From: Eubacteriales bacterium
GTDB lineage: Bacteria > Bacillota > Clostridia > Oscillospirales > CAG-382
NCBI GenBank assembly: GCA_045595165.1
Contig: JAZNZY010000019.1
Coordinates: forward strand, 11,884 to 75,883
Reading direction: 5' to 3'
DNA length: 64,000 bases
Every line of letters starts with the position of its first letter. Position 1 is the stretch's first letter. Both the position numbers and the translations under genes were made by a program. A model generated the notes under the pieces. That model saw only the letters and a list, made by a program, of their open reading frames with translations. It ran no database searches and was not told the origin of the DNA. Below, piece after piece: positions 61,101-64,000 of this stretch.

Positions 61101-64000
61101 GTCGGGAATCTGTGCGCAATGCGTTGATTATGCTTGGCGAGATTGATACTCCCGAAGTGGAAACATCTGTAAAGTTCCTTGGTTGGGATGGTTACAACAT
61201 CGTTGATACCATTACGGCGGCCACTACAGGCACCAGTGATACACTGGTAGTACCGAAGGTCTATCCGCTGTGGAAGGCGAAGGAGGTTGCTTATGCGCTT
61301 TCCGATGGTCTAACCTGGGATTACTATGATTTGCTGGCTGCGGATGCCCAGACAACAGGTATTTTGACTGCCGACGGATTATGTGTTAATGTCCTCAAGG
61401 CGGAGCCCGGATCTCATTATGCAGATCACTTAAGTGAACTTCCTGAAAATTTATGTTGCGGCTTAAACTTGTGGAATGAATTGGATCATGACAAGTATTT
61501 CTTTACTTATGGTACCCATTGGACAATCCATAGTTCTGGTGATGTATATTCTGTTACCTTCCCTGTAAACCCTGGTGATTTGATTTATGCAACCGCCTTT
61601 GGTAAGGCTGGAGAAAACGGAAGCATCAGTACCAATGGCATCCGTATGACCTTCTTCAGCGAATACGGTGTTGTAAAGACTTTGGATCCTGCAGGTACCT
61701 ATGCTGAATTCACCGCCAATGGTGGCTACATTATCGCACCTGAAGGAACTGTTGCCGTCAACATCCCCATGTGGACTAGCTCTGATAGCAACGAGGTCTA
61801 TATCCTGAACCGCCCACACGACACCACAAATGTGATTTGCTCTATTTGCGAAAAAAACAGTCATGAGCATGATTGGTCCGATTGGGAAATGATTGCTGTT
61901 CCGGAAAAAGATGAACCGGTTATTGAGAAACGCACTTGTTCTAGCTGCGGCGAAACCGAAACAAGGGAAGTCGAAAGCGTCTGGCAGAAATATAACCTTG
62001 CGGAACACTATTCCAACATTCCGGAAAATGTATGCTCCGGACTCAACCTCTGGAACGTTCTTGAGCACGATAAGTATTATTTTGCAAGCGGAACGAACTG
62101 GTCGATCTATAGCTCCGGAAAGGTTTATTCCGTAACCATTCCCGTTGAAGCAGGAGACAAAATTTTTGCAACCGCATGGGGAAAAGCAGGTGAAAACGGA
62201 CACGCTTCCACAAGCGGAATCCGCGTATCGTTCTTTGACGCATATGGCGTTGCAAAAACCATGACCCCTGTGGAATGCTATGCGGAATTTTCCGAAAACG
62301 GCGGTTATCTGATCGCGCCCGAAGATGCGATAGCCATAAATGTTGCCATGTGGAATAACAGCGATAAAAACGAAATTTACATCCTTAATCGAGCTCACAC
62401 CCATACCGCTATAATAACCAAACCCACTTGCACAGAACGGGGCTATACCACCTATACCTGCGATTGCGGCGACAGCTATGTGGATGATTATGTGGATGCG
62501 ACGGGGCATAGTTTCAACGGCGCGACCTGCACCATCTGCGGTGCGGAGCATCAGAACGTGCCCAATTACAAGGGTAAGGTGATCTCTATCCTTAGCGCCA
62601 GTACCTCGACCTTCGCAGGCTACATCCCCGTTGCGGACGGCTTCAATCTGGAGCACCGCCCCCGTTATCCCCAGGACAATTTGTTGACAGACGTCAACGA
62701 AACCTGGTGGATGCAGGTCATCAACGATCTGGATGCCAAGCTGGGTATCAATGACAGCTGGGCAGGTTCGCAGGTGCTCAATATGCTGGATAAGAACTCC
62801 GGAGATCTCGGTCCGGATGCCGCAATGGCATCCATCACCCGTATTAAGAATCTTGGTGCGAATGGCACCCCCGACATCATTCTGTTCTTTGGCGCGGGCA
62901 ATGATATGGGACGCGGCGTTCCTGCAGGCAGCTTTGATCCTGCGACCGCACCTTCCGAGGTGGATTTGACTACTACCAAGTGGGAAACCTTGGCCGATGC
63001 TTACGTAGCGGCCATTATGCGACTGAAGTACTTCTATCCCGATGCCAAGATCATCGCTATGAGTACCTACGCTATGCCGAGCTATGTTACACAGACAAAG
63101 CTAGATAAGTATGGTCCAATTCTTGAGGCGATTTGCGAGTATTACGGCGTAGAATATCTGTCTCTTAACGACTGCGGCGTAACCTTTGACATGCTGCCCG
63201 ATAACATTCACCCCAATGCAGAGGGTATGGATCAAATTACAGCTGCCGTGGTGGAGAAACTGCTTTTCGATGTTGAGATCGAGGCGGGAGAGAGCACGGT
63301 GCATACCGTGACGCACGAGTTGACTCAGGCAACGGCATCACTGAGTTACTATAAAGGTATTTCCGAGGGACACTCGTTCGAGGAAATGCTATTCGGTGAA
63401 AACGTAACGGTCAGCATCACCATGGGCGGCGTGGATATTACGGATTCCTGCTATGCTGACAACAAAATTCATATCGCGCGTGTGACAGGTGACCTTGTTA
63501 TCACGGTCAAGGGGGCCTTTACTGCCGACGGTCACCTGCAGCAGTTGCCTGAAATGCTTTGCCCGGGCATCAACCTTTGGCAGGTGCTTGAGCCCGAAAA
63601 TATTTACTACACCGTGAGCGGTTGGGGCAATACCACGGAAGGAACGAGCTGGTCGATTACTTTCCCGGTCAAAGCAGGGGATCGCATCTGGGCAATCTCA
63701 CTTGGGGCGTATCCTGATAACGGAAGCTCTGCGAATGGTGTCCGCGTGACCTGGTTTGATGAGAATGGTGTTCTGCAAACGCTCAGCCGCGACATAGTAT
63801 ACGCCGAGTTTGCCAAGTACGGCTATATCACCGCGCCCGAGGGGGCAGTGGCGCTCAACTTGCCCATGACCTACAATCAAGAGCATTATGCGGTCTATAT
63901 TTTAAGTGCGGAGCATGATTATAGAGCGAATGTAACAAATCCGACTTGCACCGAACAAGGCTATACAACGTACACCTGCACGACGTGTGGAGATAGTTAT
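58154..64000 (+). CDS. Large secreted multi-domain carbohydrate esterase, 3'-truncated by the window (>1949 aa): SGNH hydrolase, LamG-like, Ig-like, SASA/CE6-like 'GQSNM' esterase, second SGNH, three copies of a ~125-aa unknown domain, Cys-rich modules
   Basis: Not in the supplied track because there is no stop in the window. I read frame 2 from ATG 58154 (AAGGAAG RBS) to 64000 without a stop (5847 nt = 1949 codons). The long minus-strand ORFs here are in-register mirror ORFs. Signal peptide 'MKRTLSFILALVMLIGLMPMTAFA'. Motifs include 'ILSHSMSTY...GCNDF...DKRAHAN', 'LLLIGQSNMRGSEG...HGGTNITAW...FWCQGCTN' and 'ILSASTSTF...FGAGNDMG...DNIHPNAEG'. Confidence 0.8.
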   Translation, partial: MKRTLSFILALVMLIGLMPMTAFATEEANTASIQNPFEGKKVSILSHSMSTYAGVSNSTAANSTLGSNDVYYTAGRHDVYREDTWWQQVIDALDMELLVNNSWSGSCVFMPRKGEASVGYGDRAVNLHNDHTGEEPDIIFVYLGCNDFAYYKDTFGEAADVNYAALITDNGDGTFTYATPTTTCEAYAIMLHKAEHRYPDAEIYCMTSTARRETDYTGDTYPDAGQPTAYSAELQKVAQYFGYPVVDLENAIPKDVETFDKYIGDKRAHANALGMDQIANEVLSVMLGKDAEICHVTSEDGTVREQAVLLGGSYYTDIELQEGYSVIVTMDGEDVTDEVCNNGKISIEKVTGDIAICTTIQRDPFNFRWEMQEDALISIGDTDNALSKLAGTVTNGVLNNTRYQLATSVVLKHDLPWEVEWQFSGNWRGCVFTSDPVQNTKGMVYLSRTNGGQLCFGTWTGSQYDNYGVDLSYLDDQVHTYRFVNRIAADGSNMVWVYVDGEEIGPMNHYYIGSKDQGKSSDWISGKDFVFSYISMEGHALKDCRLNYLQVQECNHTYENGSCTGCGENEPFESMSLRYDDHLDMSGKTVEIINAGTPTSYQVGYGVEENKILDTAVVTLKGNTLVATGIGTATVKIDGETYEITVTAAPISLLLLIGQSNMRGSEGNANQSIVCPDGMVYSTYGDDRGADNTAMTVSNAAQFAPSALTGTYSSINVVGTTDCLSGYPVCSLTEAGAGKIGPDSGFAYEWVKQTGEKVWVVNAAHGGTNITAWQPGTKEYEECQALFTACQETLRKEIAAGHFTLSHMAYFWCQGCTNRINTAEWYVQKYLTMHESLKSEMSFDHDSNPATTDKTFEFGGIIPVRVGSTTTCYRDGVYESTNPYAYHESYVDLRFSGPKVAQYWMCNNPELEDIWMVCNIGEDWVWMPDGTNGVAEYFRAHYENGTVDYTTQVAQKASWYTPTTPAAVHDSIHYNQIGYNEVGRESVRNALIMLGEIDTPEVETSVKFLGWDGYNIVDTITAATTGTSDTLVVPKVYPLWKAKEVAYALSDGLTWDYYDLLAADAQTTGILTADGLCVNVLKAEPGSHYADHLSELPENLCCGLNLWNELDHDKYFFTYGTHWTIHSSGDVYSVTFPVNPGDLIYATAFGKAGENGSISTNGIRMTFFSEYGVVKTLDPAGTYAEFTANGGYIIAPEGTVAVNIPMWTSSDSNEVYILNRPHDTTNVICSICEKNSHEHDWSDWEMIAVPEKDEPVIEKRTCSSCGETETREVESVWQKYNLAEHYSNIPENVCSGLNLWNVLEHDKYYFASGTNWSIYSSGKVYSVTIPVEAGDKIFATAWGKAGENGHASTSGIRVSFFDAYGVAKTMTPVECYAEFSENGGYLIAPEDAIAINVAMWNNSDKNEIYILNRAHTHTAIITKPTCTERGYTTYTCDCGDSYVDDYVDATGHSFNGATCTICGAEHQNVPNYKGKVISILSASTSTFAGYIPVADGFNLEHRPRYPQDNLLTDVNETWWMQVINDLDAKLGINDSWAGSQVLNMLDKNSGDLGPDAAMASITRIKNLGANGTPDIILFFGAGNDMGRGVPAGSFDPATAPSEVDLTTTKWETLADAYVAAIMRLKYFYPDAKIIAMSTYAMPSYVTQTKLDKYGPILEAICEYYGVEYLSLNDCGVTFDMLPDNIHPNAEGMDQITAAVVEKLLFDVEIEAGESTVHTVTHELTQATASLSYYKGISEGHSFEEMLFGENVTVSITMGGVDITDSCYADNKIHIARVTGDLVITVKGAFTADGHLQQLPEMLCPGINLWQVLEPENIYYTVSGWGNTTEGTSWSITFPVKAGDRIWAISLGAYPDNGSSANGVRVTWFDENGVLQTLSRDIVYAEFAKYGYITAPEGAVALNLPMTYNQEHYAVYILSAEHDYRANVTNPTCTEQGYTTYTCTTCGDSY

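Noticed and set aside
58580-62656. Series of minus-strand ORFs (295, 287, 142 and 397 aa) that the track suggests are the genes here
   Set aside because: All four are in register with the unlisted open-ended + ORF starting at 58154, which carries clear SGNH/SASA motifs. The minus-strand products lack any motif or RBS.
1-64000. Prophage, ICE, transposon or integron content
   Set aside because: No integrase, transposase, recombinase, terminal inverted repeats of IS type or attC-like sites were recognised. The only compositional discontinuity noticed is the codon-usage shift after ~58.0 kb.

Overview
The window looks like a chromosomal segment from a Clostridia-class Firmicute. Cohesin/dockerin-type modules, SipW-type peptidases and strong CTT(Leu)/CCC(Pro) codon bias suggest a Ruminococcaceae/Oscillospiraceae-like anaerobe, but that taxonomy is inference only. 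All family calls come from motifs read by eye; no searches were run.

(1) Positions 1-25.3 kb hold ordinary housekeeping and accessory genes. These are an ArsR / SdpI-like / ABC-2 exporter operon, a TIM-barrel isomerase, a TVP38-family protein, purC, a LysR regulator, a Maa-type acetyltransferase, two transglutaminase-core lipoproteins, VanW, metF-metH, EamA, azlCD, a Dabb protein, an alpha/beta hydrolase, trxB, bioY-TetR-acyl-CoA synthetase, a clan GH-D glycosidase and tag. A family of ~36-nt REP-like palindromic elements sits in the intergenic gaps.

(2) At 25.38-25.58 kb there is a promoter-to-terminator unit encoding a highly structured ~165-nt RNA of unknown class.

(3) Positions 25.9-58.0 kb form one ~32 kb same-strand surface-structure locus, the main candidate for a new system. 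It contains:
- a 2053-aa dockerin protein followed by two membrane-anchored cohesin-like/FIVAR proteins;
- a degenerate HD-GYP + EAL protein;
- five to seven proteins (216-1643 aa) with TasA/camelysin-style SipW-cognate N-termini (two of the seven are weak) and, in five of them, a shared C-terminal motif;
- three SipW-type signal peptidases;
- a membrane-anchored McrB-like AAA+ protein with a 627-aa E/K/R-rich coiled-coil partner;
- a beta-helix protein and a BspA-type LRR protein.

(4) From 58,154 to the window end runs an open-ended ORF of more than 1949 aa. It is missing from the supplied track because it has no stop codon in the window. It encodes a multi-domain SGNH/SASA-type carbohydrate esterase and has visibly different codon usage.

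No rRNA, tRNA, CRISPR array, transposase or integrase was seen.
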